From: an uncultured Candidatus Saccharibacteria bacterium
Lineage (GTDB): Bacteria > Patescibacteriota > Saccharimonadia > Saccharimonadales > CAZWFS01
Assembly: GCA_964633325.1 (NCBI GenBank)
Contig: CAZWFS010000007.1
Span: 1 to 60,006 of the forward strand
Length of the DNA stretch: 60,006 nt
Direction: 5' to 3'
Shown piece by piece: positions 1-9,585 of the stretch; position 1 is the first letter of the stretch; every line of letters starts with the position of its first letter. A program made the translations under genes and the position numbers. The notes beneath the pieces were generated by a model. The model saw only the letters and a list, made by a program, of their open reading frames with translations, ran no database searches and had not been told where the DNA came from.

Positions 1-148
1 ACACCTTGCAGGCCAACTATGAGGGGACTGGGAACTTTGTTAAGACTAATTTGAATTAGCAATTTAGTTACTAAAAATAGGCCTTACAGAACCTGAGGTT
101 ATAGCGACCTCAGGTTCTGCTGTTTTGCTATACTTAAGCATAAGAGAT

Positions 149-601
149 ATGAAATATAGATTAAGGCGCCTTGAGCAAGCCGGTTTTACGTCCGTAGAGT
201 TGATTCTGGCATGCGTCATTTTCCCGATTATAGTTATAGGTATATCCAATGCATTTGATGCTGTGCGTAAATCTTATACAACCGCCAAACAGCTTAATGA
301 GATGTATGCGGTCCTTAGCGCTTGTCCAGAGATTGACCGGGCATTAGAGTTCAACTCTATTACCAGTACGACTAACTGTTTTCCAAATAATACATTCTCG
401 GCGGAAGGCGGCAGCGGCAAGACAATCACCTACACGCCAACCCTGACCGTAACTAGTACCAGTGATTTGGCCAGCTCCGATCCACTAAAATCTGTTCCTG
501 ATTCGAAGATCATAAATATAAGTGTGGGCTACCCAAAAAGTAGCGCTCCACCTCTACAACTACGTATGCTAATTACACGAAACGGAATCGGCCAGTTATG
601 A
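149..601 (+). CDS. Type IV minor pilin-like protein (prepilin N-terminal cleavage/methylation motif)
   Basis: QAG/FTSVELILACVIF class III signal peptide with E5; first gene of the pilus operon; ATG at 149 chosen over the upstream ORF-track start. Confidence 0.85.
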   Translation: MKYRLRRLEQAGFTSVELILACVIFPIIVIGISNAFDAVRKSYTTAKQLNEMYAVLSACPEIDRALEFNSITSTTNCFPNNTFSAEGGSGKTITYTPTLTVTSTSDLASSDPLKSVPDSKIINISVGYPKSSAPPLQLRMLITRNGIGQL

Positions 602-1404
602 GATTACGCGCACATGCACGGAACGCATGGAGTTTGGGCGAGAGAGGGTTTAGCCTGGTTGAGCTGCTCTCTGTCATGGTTGTTACTGGTATTTTTGTGG
701 GACTTATCATGTTCTTCACGTTCAGCTACTGGCGATACGGATTCCTAATGGAAGCGGATTTAGACACATTTGTCTCCCGGCTGAATGCCGGAGATTATAT
801 GAGGGAGGCCTTCAGTGCGTCTTCCGGCCTTATAACTCAAAATAGTATTCCTGATAACTACAGTCAAAATCCCGACCCGGCCATCCCCGGCAACCAATAT
901 TGGTCACCGATCCATGCGGTTCCAGGCAGCGTCCCAGTTGGGTCCAATGGTACCACTACACCGCTGGTTTATTTCCGGCGCCACAGCCTAAACTCATCTG
1001 GAACAGTAATAATGAACGGTGCACAGCCGTTCGAAGATGAGTACATATTATACCTTAATGGGTCTACCAAGCAGCTCTTGGTACGTGCCTTGGCTAATCC
1101 AAATGCTTCTGGAAATCGCTTGATGACCAGCTGTCCGCCAGCTTCCGCCTCTACGACGTGTCCGCCTGATAAGGTCTTGATAGGTGATTTGGCGTCTGTA
1201 GACATGCGATATTTCTCACGTTCCGGAAATATAGTGGATTATTCTTCAATTATCGACCCTGATACAGGACTGTACGCTGGCCCGGATTACCCCGTAGTCG
1301 ATGTCATCGAATTTACTTTAGGTGTCACCAAAAAACCGATTTTTCAGAAAACCAACGCTACCCAGAACAAGACCATAATCAGAGTAGCTTTGCGTAACAC
1401 ATAG
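598..1404 (+). CDS. Type IV minor pilin (PilW-like)
   Basis: ERG/FSLVELLSVMVV prepilin motif; ATGA overlap with the previous gene. Confidence 0.85.
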   Translation: MRLRAHARNAWSLGERGFSLVELLSVMVVTGIFVGLIMFFTFSYWRYGFLMEADLDTFVSRLNAGDYMREAFSASSGLITQNSIPDNYSQNPDPAIPGNQYWSPIHAVPGSVPVGSNGTTTPLVYFRRHSLNSSGTVIMNGAQPFEDEYILYLNGSTKQLLVRALANPNASGNRLMTSCPPASASTTCPPDKVLIGDLASVDMRYFSRSGNIVDYSSIIDPDTGLYAGPDYPVVDVIEFTLGVTKKPIFQKTNATQNKTIIRVALRNT

Positions 1405-1414
1405 GAGCAATAGC

Positions 1415-2851
1415 ATGGGATCATCGACAAATCGCAGAATAGAGAAGCAGGAGGGATCTATCATCGTGTCCATACTGGTTGTGATGGTTTTCTTGGTAAC
1501 TATTATTTTCAGTCTGATAGTACTTGCTAATTCCAATCTAGTACGTGCTCGAAACCGTGTCTTACTGCTGCAAGCCCAATACGCCGCCGAGTCCGGTGCC
1601 GACGCCGCTATCGCCCAACTTAACAGTGGCAACACAAGCTACAGTGGTTCCGGCGCAGAGATACAGATTTTATCCAATAATCTATACAAATCAACACTTA
1701 CGGTCAGCGTCACGGCTGGAACCGACGCCAAGGAAAAGATTATCACAGCCACAGGCAAGGTCTATGCTCCGTCAAGCGCGACTGTGGCTACCCAAAGCCG
1801 AACCATTGAGGTCCTAGCTCAACGCACTTCTAGCACTACTTCTTCATCAATTGTCAGCCGCAATATAATGGACATCCAAAGCGGAGTTAAGAACATTGTA
1901 GCCAAAGATGTTTATATAAACGGGTACATAAATATGAACAAAAATACGACTAATCTTAAGGCCGAGAATATAACGGTCGTTGACAAAAATACCGGCGCTA
2001 GCAATTGTTCCATAGGAGGTACAGGCAACCTGGTGAAGCCTGCTGTTTTTAGTAACCCGGGGCAGACAAAGACTAAAATTACGATGGGGTTTAACAACTG
2101 TATTTCGCCGCCTGGTAACTCTAGTAATATCAATTTCGATGTATTAGCTAACCAAACTTCCCTTACCAAAATCCAGTCCACGTTTATCCCTTGGTCACAA
2201 TATATGGATAGCTCATATCAGAATTCGGCAGGTGGATGCTCCGATTGGACAAGTGGCAGTTCGCCGCGAAACATTCCCAGTACAGGTAATACCAAAAAAA
2301 CACATTATCCAGATAACAGTGGCAACATCAGCACTTCATGTGGTTCCTCTGGTGATTTGGCACTCGGCAGTGGGCAATACAATATACGAGATCACGTTCA
2401 TTTAAGGGCAAACCTGTGCGCAGCCTCAGCTTGTACACCAACGTTTTATAATCCGGATTCCGGCGCTTTCGGCCTAAAATTTGTCTTCATAGAAGGAACA
2501 ATAAACTTTGACGGTATCCAGACCGCTGCGGGTAGTGGCCCTATAGTATTGGTGTCCTATGGAACCGATCCGGCTTCCAAAACCAGCGTATGCCCGCTGG
2601 GGGGGGCTATTTATGTAGGCAAGGACGGTACCACCAGTGCCCCGGCTGTGTTCTTGTTAGCTACCAATGGTCTGTGTTTGGAAAAAACTAAATTCGGCGT
2701 GGATCCAGCTCTGGGCGGTATTTCCGGCAAAAATATTTATGTGGCGACTAATCCGGGTACGCCTTTTGACCTGAGACTTAACCCGGACTTTCCGGTAAGC
2801 GAGATTCCAGTAGATCTAGCCTGGCGTGCCGTCCGTTACCTCAGGAAGTAA
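1415..2851 (+). CDS. PilX-like minor pilin with large C-terminal domain
   Basis: QEG/SIIVSILVV followed by the PilX N-terminal pattern QAQYAAESGADAAIAQL. Confidence 0.75.
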   Translation: MGSSTNRRIEKQEGSIIVSILVVMVFLVTIIFSLIVLANSNLVRARNRVLLLQAQYAAESGADAAIAQLNSGNTSYSGSGAEIQILSNNLYKSTLTVSVTAGTDAKEKIITATGKVYAPSSATVATQSRTIEVLAQRTSSTTSSSIVSRNIMDIQSGVKNIVAKDVYINGYINMNKNTTNLKAENITVVDKNTGASNCSIGGTGNLVKPAVFSNPGQTKTKITMGFNNCISPPGNSSNINFDVLANQTSLTKIQSTFIPWSQYMDSSYQNSAGGCSDWTSGSSPRNIPSTGNTKKTHYPDNSGNISTSCGSSGDLALGSGQYNIRDHVHLRANLCAASACTPTFYNPDSGAFGLKFVFIEGTINFDGIQTAAGSGPIVLVSYGTDPASKTSVCPLGGAIYVGKDGTTSAPAVFLLATNGLCLEKTKFGVDPALGGISGKNIYVATNPGTPFDLRLNPDFPVSEIPVDLAWRAVRYLRK

Positions 2852-2921
2852 GAATCATTGATACCGCTTACGTATGTTATAATTAACATAATCAATACAC
2901 ATACATGCCTCGGTGGGCAGC

Positions 2922-3995
2922 ATGAATAACACACAGAATTCCAAATATTTTTACCAAGACAAGCCAATATTCGGACTAGATATTGGCTATGGCAGCATAA
3001 AGGCCATGCAGATTGACTGGAGCCACAAAAACCAACGCGTCGCAGGGTACGGTGGCGGTACATTTCCGGCTAAGTATATCAAAGACGGTGTCATCACCGA
3101 AACAGAGGAATTAGCTCGCAGTATTCACGACATGTTTACTAATCATCTAATTGGCGACATAACCACTCGTAGGGTAGCCGTTGCAATTCCAGCCGCCCGT
3201 ACCTTCAACCGGCCCATAACATTGCCTAAACTCGCTCCGAAAGATCTTGCGCAAGCAGTAAAGCTGGAAGCCGAACAGTATATCCCTTTGCCAATTGAAG
3301 ACCTTTATTTGGATTATCACATTACCCGCAGGTCCGAAAAGGAAATACAGCTACTAGCGGTCGCAGTACCTAAAAAAGTCGTTGACTCATATATGTTACT
3401 TGCTCGGTTACTGGGACTTGAAGTAGTCACGCTCGAAACATCTATCGCCGCTAGTGGGCGCTTGTTTGTGCAGGCGGAAAGTAGCGATGCGCCGACTGTA
3501 TTGATAGATTTCGGTTCTATTTCGGCTGACGTGACTATTTATGATAATGACTTAATCGTTACCGGGACAGTACCGTGTGGCGGCGATATATTTACGGAAA
3601 TTATCGCGCAGAAGTTAAAAGTAACCAAGCCCGAAGCTCAACTTATAAAGACAAAGTACGGTCTTGGAGTAAGCAAAAAACAAGCCGAGATAACCGAAGG
3701 TCTCACACCAGAACTTGATAAACTCGTAAAAGAAATCCGACGCATGATTCGCTATTACGAAGAACGTTCTGACACAGAAGGCAAAATAGCCCAAGTTGTA
3801 ACTATGGGTGGAGGGGCCAACATGCCTGGCCTTAGCGAATTCATGACCAACCAATTACGCTTACCGGTTAGGATGTGTGACCCCTGGCAAAATATGAAGT
3901 TTGATGGTTTGCAGCCCCCAAACTCTGTGGAGAAATCTATGTACGTCACAGTTGCAGGACTAGCTCTTATCAGCCCAAAGGATATTTACGCATGA
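2922..3995 (+). CDS. pilM: Type IV pilus assembly protein PilM
   Basis: Actin-like motifs GLDIGYGSIK, LIDFG, VVTMGGGANMPGL; EAEQYIPLP motif; followed by pilN/O-like genes. Confidence 0.93.
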   Translation: MNNTQNSKYFYQDKPIFGLDIGYGSIKAMQIDWSHKNQRVAGYGGGTFPAKYIKDGVITETEELARSIHDMFTNHLIGDITTRRVAVAIPAARTFNRPITLPKLAPKDLAQAVKLEAEQYIPLPIEDLYLDYHITRRSEKEIQLLAVAVPKKVVDSYMLLARLLGLEVVTLETSIAASGRLFVQAESSDAPTVLIDFGSISADVTIYDNDLIVTGTVPCGGDIFTEIIAQKLKVTKPEAQLIKTKYGLGVSKKQAEITEGLTPELDKLVKEIRRMIRYYEERSDTEGKIAQVVTMGGGANMPGLSEFMTNQLRLPVRMCDPWQNMKFDGLQPPNSVEKSMYVTVAGLALISPKDIYA

Positions 3996-4636
3996 TAAAC
4001 CTACTACCACCGGATATAAAGCAAAATATCATTTACGCGCGACGTAACAGGCACTTGCTTCGTTGGTCTGGGGTCATTTTCTTTTCAATAACCACTATCA
4101 TAACTGTGGTGTTCTTGGGCCATATGTATATAAATCGTTCAGTGGTCGCTTATAGTTCCCAGGTAGAAGGCTCGCGCGAAGCATTAAAAATCCAGAAGCT
4201 AGAAGAAACCCAGAAGCGGGTCGACGATATTACCAGTAGCTTGAAGTTGGTACTACAAGTGCTCGCGCGCGAAGTACTCTTTAGCAAACTGATACGTCAA
4301 GTTGGAGCCGCTATGCCAGAAAGCACGATACTCACTAACCTACAAGTTACCAAGATTGAGGGCGGCATAGATTTGGACGCAGTATCTGTCGACTATAAGA
4401 CTGGGACCCAGATACAGGTTAACCTTAGCGATCCCAAAAACAAGATATTCGATAAAGCTGATATTATCAACATTACTTGCACGCCCGTTACCACTTCTAC
4501 CACACCAAGCGCGACAGCGACTCAACAAATCAATTCCAAATATCCTTGTCAGGTAAAGATAAGAGCCCTCTTCACCAAGAATAACCCATTCTTGTTCATC
4601 AACAATAGTCCGAATAGCGCAGGTAAAAAGCCATGA
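3992..4636 (+). CDS. pilN: PilN-like pilus alignment protein
   Basis: Starts MINLLPP; one TM helix then coiled coil; directly follows pilM. Confidence 0.8.
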   Translation: MINLLPPDIKQNIIYARRNRHLLRWSGVIFFSITTIITVVFLGHMYINRSVVAYSSQVEGSREALKIQKLEETQKRVDDITSSLKLVLQVLAREVLFSKLIRQVGAAMPESTILTNLQVTKIEGGIDLDAVSVDYKTGTQIQVNLSDPKNKIFDKADIINITCTPVTTSTTPSATATQQINSKYPCQVKIRALFTKNNPFLFINNSPNSAGKKP

Positions 4637-5274
4637 AAATGAATAGCAAAAAGGTATTCTTTGTCATGATTGGAATAGTCATCCTGCTCAGCGGTGCGGG
4701 TATTGCTAGCGTATATGTCGGAAATAACCTATTACAAAAGAAATCAGCCAAATTAGTAGAACTAAAGCTTGAGGACCGCCTGTTAGAGGAGCAACAAGTC
4801 GCCCTCGTGCAAGCCAACAAGGATATCCAGAAGTACGCCGAGCTTGAAAAAATAGCTAAATCCATTGTCCCACAGGAAAAGGATCAAGCAAAAGCAGTCC
4901 GGGAAATCGTCCAATATGCCGATGCTGCTGGCGTAAAGCTTCAGTCTATTAGCTTCCCGTCATCAACGCTTGGACAAGCACCGCCCAAGCCCGCAACTAC
5001 CACGGGCGAAAATACGGCCAGTACGGTACGGCCAGCTTCGCCATCAGTAACCCAAGTGAAACCGGCAGACGGCATACCGGGTGTTTACAGCATGGAGGTG
5101 GCCATCCATTCTGTTGAGAAAAACGCCACAACCTACACCGGATTTCTTGATTTCCTGTCAAAACTGGAACAAGGTCGCCGCACAGCCCAGGTATCCAATA
5201 TAAATATCAAGCCTGCGGTGGGTACGAATAATGTAAGCTTTAGCTTAACAGTTAACGTATATATAAAGCCATGA
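4633..5274 (+). CDS. pilO: PilO-like pilus alignment protein
   Basis: N-terminal TM helix, coiled coil, C-terminal FLDFLSKLEQGRRTAQVSNINI pattern; follows pilN. Confidence 0.7.
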   Translation: MKMNSKKVFFVMIGIVILLSGAGIASVYVGNNLLQKKSAKLVELKLEDRLLEEQQVALVQANKDIQKYAELEKIAKSIVPQEKDQAKAVREIVQYADAAGVKLQSISFPSSTLGQAPPKPATTTGENTASTVRPASPSVTQVKPADGIPGVYSMEVAIHSVEKNATTYTGFLDFLSKLEQGRRTAQVSNINIKPAVGTNNVSFSLTVNVYIKP

Positions 5275-5564
5275 ATATCAAAGATATCCCCAGCAAGATC
5301 CAACCTCAGATCCAAAAACTCCGACAATATATCGTTATGATATTCTTGGTCTTTATGGCAATTATTTTCGGATTTTTAGTTTTCCGCATAAGCACCCTGG
5401 CTCAGTCAGAACCATCCGAGGACGCTGTAGCTGAAAAGTTAAAAGATGTCAGGCGCCCCAAGATAGACCAATCAGCAGTCGACAAAATCCAACAGCTAGA
5501 AGGCACTAACGTAGAAGTCCAGTCTCTCTTCAAACAAGCCCGCGACAACCCGTTTCAAGAATGA
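5271..5564 (+). CDS. Small membrane protein at end of pilus operon (PilP-like position)
   Basis: One TM helix; C-terminal RDNPF motif; ATGA overlap with pilO. Confidence 0.6.
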   Translation: MNIKDIPSKIQPQIQKLRQYIVMIFLVFMAIIFGFLVFRISTLAQSEPSEDAVAEKLKDVRRPKIDQSAVDKIQQLEGTNVEVQSLFKQARDNPFQE

Positions 5565-5587
5565 GAGGAGGATTCACCTTCCCTTAT

Positions 5588-6292
5588 TTAGTTGCCATAT
5601 TTTGTTAGGTTCACTTCGTGAGCACCTACTATGTCTTTGGAGCGTTGGTAGGGACTCGGCGTGTAGGTGAAGTTATAGTTCTGTTGCTCACCGGATGTCT
5701 CGATGATGAGTGTGCCGTAGTTGAAGATGCGCGCGAATATCCCGTCCTGTCTGACCGTCACGTCCTGTATGTCACCGATGCTCAGCTGTGATATCTTGCG
5801 GTCGATGATATTACGATATAACACCTGAGCGATTTTCTCACTCGTGACCAGAACGACATTGCTTCGATAGATGAACCCGCCGATGAAGGCGCCTATGATA
5901 GCAAGGCCGGACAGGAATACACCGATGATGACGATGGCCGGACGGATGCTGGACACATCAGTCCCGGTCGACAGGACATCACCGGTCAGAAGGCTGCTCA
6001 CCACTATCGCTACCAACAGGATTATCGAAGCAATGATGAAGCCGGTAAAATAGATTATGAACAAGCCAAACGGATGCTTGCGGATTTCGCAGACCAGTTG
6101 TTCGTTGGGGTCGAACTCTATCTTGTCGAACAGCCCGTGGCCGACGCTCGAGAGCTGTTCGGGCGTCATTTTCGGCTGGGTCTGTTCGCCCGTCGGTGCT
6201 GCAGACTGGGGCTGTTGAGGCAGCACGGGTGTAGGTGGCTGCTGTGGCTGCGGGGGCGGCGTTACGGGTACTGGGTCCTGTTCCGGGTTCAT
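5588..6292 (-). CDS. Membrane protein with bacterial PH domain
   Basis: Pro/Gln-rich N-terminus, two TM helices, IQDVTVRQDGIFARIFNYGTLIIETSG bPH motif; TGCTATAAT lies 7 nt before the ATG. Confidence 0.85.
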   Translation of the reverse strand: MNPEQDPVPVTPPPQPQQPPTPVLPQQPQSAAPTGEQTQPKMTPEQLSSVGHGLFDKIEFDPNEQLVCEIRKHPFGLFIIYFTGFIIASIILLVAIVVSSLLTGDVLSTGTDVSSIRPAIVIIGVFLSGLAIIGAFIGGFIYRSNVVLVTSEKIAQVLYRNIIDRKISQLSIGDIQDVTVRQDGIFARIFNYGTLIIETSGEQQNYNFTYTPSPYQRSKDIVGAHEVNLTKYGN

Positions 6293-6300
6293 ACCATGGA

Positions 6301-7332
6301 TTATAGCAATGATTCCTGATCTTTTCCGAGGCGAGGTGATTTTCCGAGGTGCCGGTAAGCCTTATGGGTAGCCTTGCGGCCACGGGGCGTCCGCTCCAGC
6401 AGGCCTACCTGCATCAGATAAGGTTCATAAAAATCTTCTATGGTCATGCGCTCCTCGCTAGTCAAGGCCGCCAGCGTTTCCACACCGACAGGTCCTCCCT
6501 GGTAATTTTCAATGATAGCATTTAGTAGCATGCGATCGGCCGCATCCAACCCAAGTTCGTCAATTTCAAGTAGCTCTAACGCCTTATGGCTAATGTCCGT
6601 GTCTATGATGCCGTCGCCGTTTACATCGGCGTAATCCCGCACCCGTTTTAGTAAACGATTGGCGATACGAGGCGTTAGGCGCGCCCGTTTGGCCAGTTCT
6701 TGCGCGGCCGGCTTATCAATCTTGACGTTCAGTATTTTAGCGGCTCGTTCAATTATCTTTTGCACTTCCTCGGGTTTATAAAAATCCAGACGATGCACCA
6801 TACCAAATCTATCGCGAAGTGGCGCAGCCAACGAGCCAGTACGGGTAGTCGCACCAATAATCGTGAATTTGGGCAGATCCAATCGCAAGCTTTTAGCTGA
6901 CGGGCCCTTACCTAGCATAATATCCAGTTTGAAATCTTCCATCGCGCTATATAAAACTTCGGCTACGGCACGGTTAATCCGATGCAGTTCGTCAATGAAG
7001 AGGATATCTCCGTCTTGAAGATTAGTAAGTAAACTGGCCAGATCTCCCGATCTTTCGATTGCCGGACCACTGGTTACGCGAATAGCAGCCGACATCTCGT
7101 TTGCTATAACGCTAGCAAGAGTAGTCTTGCCCAGTCCGGGTGGGCCATGCAGCAGGACGTGATCAAGTGGTTCCCCCCTCTTCTGAGCAGCGTCGATCGC
7201 CAGCTTCAGATTCTGTTTGAGCCGTTCCTGACCGATGTAATTAGCGAAGTCCCTCGGCCGCAACGTCACCTCCAGCTCGACTTCTTGGTTGTCGTCAGAC
7301 GGCACCGCCGTATGTACTATCCGCTCAATCAT
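6301..7332 (-). CDS. ruvB: Holliday junction helicase RuvB
   Basis: [12 protein letters not shown], Walker [35 protein letters not shown]. Confidence 0.98.
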   Translation of the reverse strand: MIERIVHTAVPSDDNQEVELEVTLRPRDFANYIGQERLKQNLKLAIDAAQKRGEPLDHVLLHGPPGLGKTTLASVIANEMSAAIRVTSGPAIERSGDLASLLTNLQDGDILFIDELHRINRAVAEVLYSAMEDFKLDIMLGKGPSAKSLRLDLPKFTIIGATTRTGSLAAPLRDRFGMVHRLDFYKPEEVQKIIERAAKILNVKIDKPAAQELAKRARLTPRIANRLLKRVRDYADVNGDGIIDTDISHKALELLEIDELGLDAADRMLLNAIIENYQGGPVGVETLAALTSEERMTIEDFYEPYLMQVGLLERTPRGRKATHKAYRHLGKSPRLGKDQESLL

Positions 7333-7916
7333 CAGGCGCGGCTCCGTAGAGCCGCTTTTACACGGTCCTCTGTTGATAATTCAATATCAATTCCCTGTAA
7401 AGCCCGGCCAGCATCGTAGGGAGAATATCCGAGAGTAATAAGAGCTACAGCTGCCTCGTCCTCCTGTAGTTTATCTTCTGATTGCAGCATGCCAGTACTT
7501 TCCAGATCTACCCCAATCAGCCCCACCTTGTCCTTGAGGTCAACCACCAGGCGCTCGGCCACGCGCTTCCCCACGCCGCTGGCCAGCTGAATAAACTTGG
7601 TATCCCCACCGGCAATTGCCCGGCGGACTTTATCGGCCGTACCTATATTTAAAATATTCAGTGCCATTCTGGGGCCTACCCCATTAACCTCTATCAATTG
7701 TTCAAATAACTGTTTTGTATCAGGCTTGCTAAAACCAAATAGTTCGTGGCTGTTCTCCCGGATATGCTCATATGTATAGATCTTTACCGTTTCGCCGGTT
7801 TGCAAACGGCTCATTTCTTCTACAGGCATAAACAAACCATAGCCGATCCCTTGGACCTCCAGAACAACATACTCCATAGTTTTTTCAGCGACCACACCAC
7901 TCAAAGTAATTATCAT
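7332..7916 (-). CDS. ruvA: Holliday junction DNA-binding protein RuvA
   Basis: [45 protein letters not shown]; RBS GGAGGAG precedes ATG 7916. Confidence 0.96.
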   Translation of the reverse strand: MIITLSGVVAEKTMEYVVLEVQGIGYGLFMPVEEMSRLQTGETVKIYTYEHIRENSHELFGFSKPDTKQLFEQLIEVNGVGPRMALNILNIGTADKVRRAIAGGDTKFIQLASGVGKRVAERLVVDLKDKVGLIGVDLESTGMLQSEDKLQEDEAAVALITLGYSPYDAGRALQGIDIELSTEDRVKAALRSRA

Positions 7917-7952
7917 GTTCGGTACTCCTCCGTGCCTATTATGATGGCTAGA

Positions 7953-8056
7953 TGAACGGTGAGCAACCGTGCAAGGTGTTTCAAGCAATCCGCAGGCATA
8001 CAATAATGTACGTTGAGGAATGGATTGGAACGCATGGTGCGGTTGCTCATTGTTCA
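7953..8056. repeat. Palindromic intergenic element (REP/MITE- or ncRNA-like)
   Basis: 17-bp outer stem TGAACGGTGAGCAACCG / CGGTTGCTCATTGTTCA (two G-U pairs), inner CAATCC/GGATTG stem, apical TAC-AATAAT-GTA hairpin followed by CGTTGAG. Confidence 0.55.
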
Positions 8057-8088
8057 GACCCGTCAGATTAGGTATGGAGTAGTACCTA

Positions 8089-8565
8089 TTATCTCATATT
8101 CATACTGTGGCAAATTGCTGCGGCTAGGGCGTCGGCGCAATCATCGGGTTTTGGTTTTTCGGCTAGACCCAGGATAACCCTTACCATTTCTTGCATTTGG
8201 TTTTTGTCTGCACGTCCGTAACCGGTCAAAGCTTGTTTGATTTGCAAGGGTGTATATTCATGTAATTCCAGCTCATGCTGCCGGCCCAGCAGTAGTACCA
8301 CCCCCCTAGCCTGAGCCACAGTCATAGCCGTAGTCACGTTTTGGGCAAAAAACAATTTTTCAACCACTAAAACGGATGGTTTTAACTCTTCTATAACTTG
8401 CTTCAGTTCATCATAGATTATAAGTAGTCGCTCGGCATCTGGATGCTTCACGGGTGTCCTAATAACACCCCCGTCAATTAAACTAGCTTTAACCTTATCG
8501 TCTATTTCAATAACCCCAAACCCTAAGATTCCAGTGCCTGGGTCAATTCCTAAGATTCTTGCCAT
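8089..8565 (-). CDS. ruvC: Crossover junction endodeoxyribonuclease RuvC
   Basis: ILGIDPG, VEKLFF, QARGV, YTPLQIKQALTGYGRADKNQ, PDDCADALAAA. Confidence 0.97.
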   Translation of the reverse strand: MARILGIDPGTGILGFGVIEIDDKVKASLIDGGVIRTPVKHPDAERLLIIYDELKQVIEELKPSVLVVEKLFFAQNVTTAMTVAQARGVVLLLGRQHELELHEYTPLQIKQALTGYGRADKNQMQEMVRVILGLAEKPKPDDCADALAAAICHSMNMR

Positions 8566-8843
8566 ATAAGTACCAACTTAGTTAAGGCCAATATAAACAG
8601 GCTGGCGATTACATAGATCATGAAGTTAGGGTTCAGCATATTGATACCAAGATTAATATCCTCAGAGAATAGGGCGAGCTGTTGATCGCTGAGTGACCAC
8701 ATGGTTTGGGGCCAGCCAAAACCCCCTGGACGTGGCCAGAAGAACAACACAGCTATTAGGCCTAGCTGTCCAAAAAGCCATATAACCGCACTTATAGTAA
8801 CGGCTACAGAAAGCGCGCCAGAATGTGATTTATGTCTGCTCAC
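8550..8843 (-). CDS. Hypothetical small membrane protein
   Basis: Two hydrophobic helices; fills the yebC-ruvC gap on the same strand. Confidence 0.55.
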   Translation of the reverse strand: MSRHKSHSGALSVAVTISAVIWLFGQLGLIAVLFFWPRPGGFGWPQTMWSLSDQQLALFSEDINLGINMLNPNFMIYVIASLFILALTKLVLIWQES

Positions 8844-8856
8844 TACCTTGCCTAGG

Positions 8857-9585
8857 TTACGCTAGTAATCCCTCTGGGATGTCGAAGTTTGTATGGGTGG
8901 TAGTGACATCGTCTATATTTTCCAGGGCATCCATCAGGCGCATTATTTTTCCAGCGGTGGCGGCATCGGATACTTCAACGGTGTTGTTTGGCACATAGGT
9001 CTGCTCAGCTTCTAGCACTTCTACTCCCTGATTTCGCAATGCGTCACGGACCTTGGCTAGTTCCTTCGGATCGGTATAGATGACAGATTCGCCGTCATCT
9101 TCATGCAAGTCTTCCGCCCCGGCATCAAGCGCTTGAAGCATCAGCTCATCGCCACTGCCCTTCACCCGGATCATACCTTTGCGGTCAAACTGGAACGCTA
9201 CGGCTCCCTTTTCCGCTATATTACCGCCATGCTTGCTAAAGGCCAGCTTAACTTCTGGATAAGTACGGTTGATGTTATCGGTGGCGCACTCTACCAGAAT
9301 CGCCACGCCGCCCGGGCCGTAGCCTTCGTACATAAGTTCTTGGATTTGCTCACCGCCGAGCTTGCCGCTGCCTCGGTCTATTGAACGCTGGATGTTAGCC
9401 ATTGGCATGTTCGCGCCCTTTGCCTTGTCAATCGCCAAACGCAACGAAAAGTTCATTTCCGGATCGGCGCCAGCCCGAGCGGCAACAGCTATGGCGTTAC
9501 CTAATTTAGTAAAGACGGCTCCACGTTGTGCGTCTTTGACTCCTTTTTGGCGCTTGATTGTAGACCATTTGGAATGCCCCGACAT
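8857..9585 (-). CDS. yebC: YebC/PmpR family protein
   Basis: MSGHSKWSTIKRQKG, YEGYGPGGVA; classic ruvC neighbour. Confidence 0.97.
   Translation of the reverse strand: MSGHSKWSTIKRQKGVKDAQRGAVFTKLGNAIAVAARAGADPEMNFSLRLAIDKAKGANMPMANIQRSIDRGSGKLGGEQIQELMYEGYGPGGVAILVECATDNINRTYPEVKLAFSKHGGNIAEKGAVAFQFDRKGMIRVKGSGDELMLQALDAGAEDLHEDDGESVIYTDPKELAKVRDALRNQGVEVLEAEQTYVPNNTVEVSDAATAGKIMRLMDALENIDDVTTTHTNFDIPEGLLA

Noticed and set aside
5588-6292. Elevated GC of the PH-domain gene as a sign of an island
   Set aside because: No boundary repeats or mobility genes; the Pro/Gln-rich N-terminus explains part of the GC
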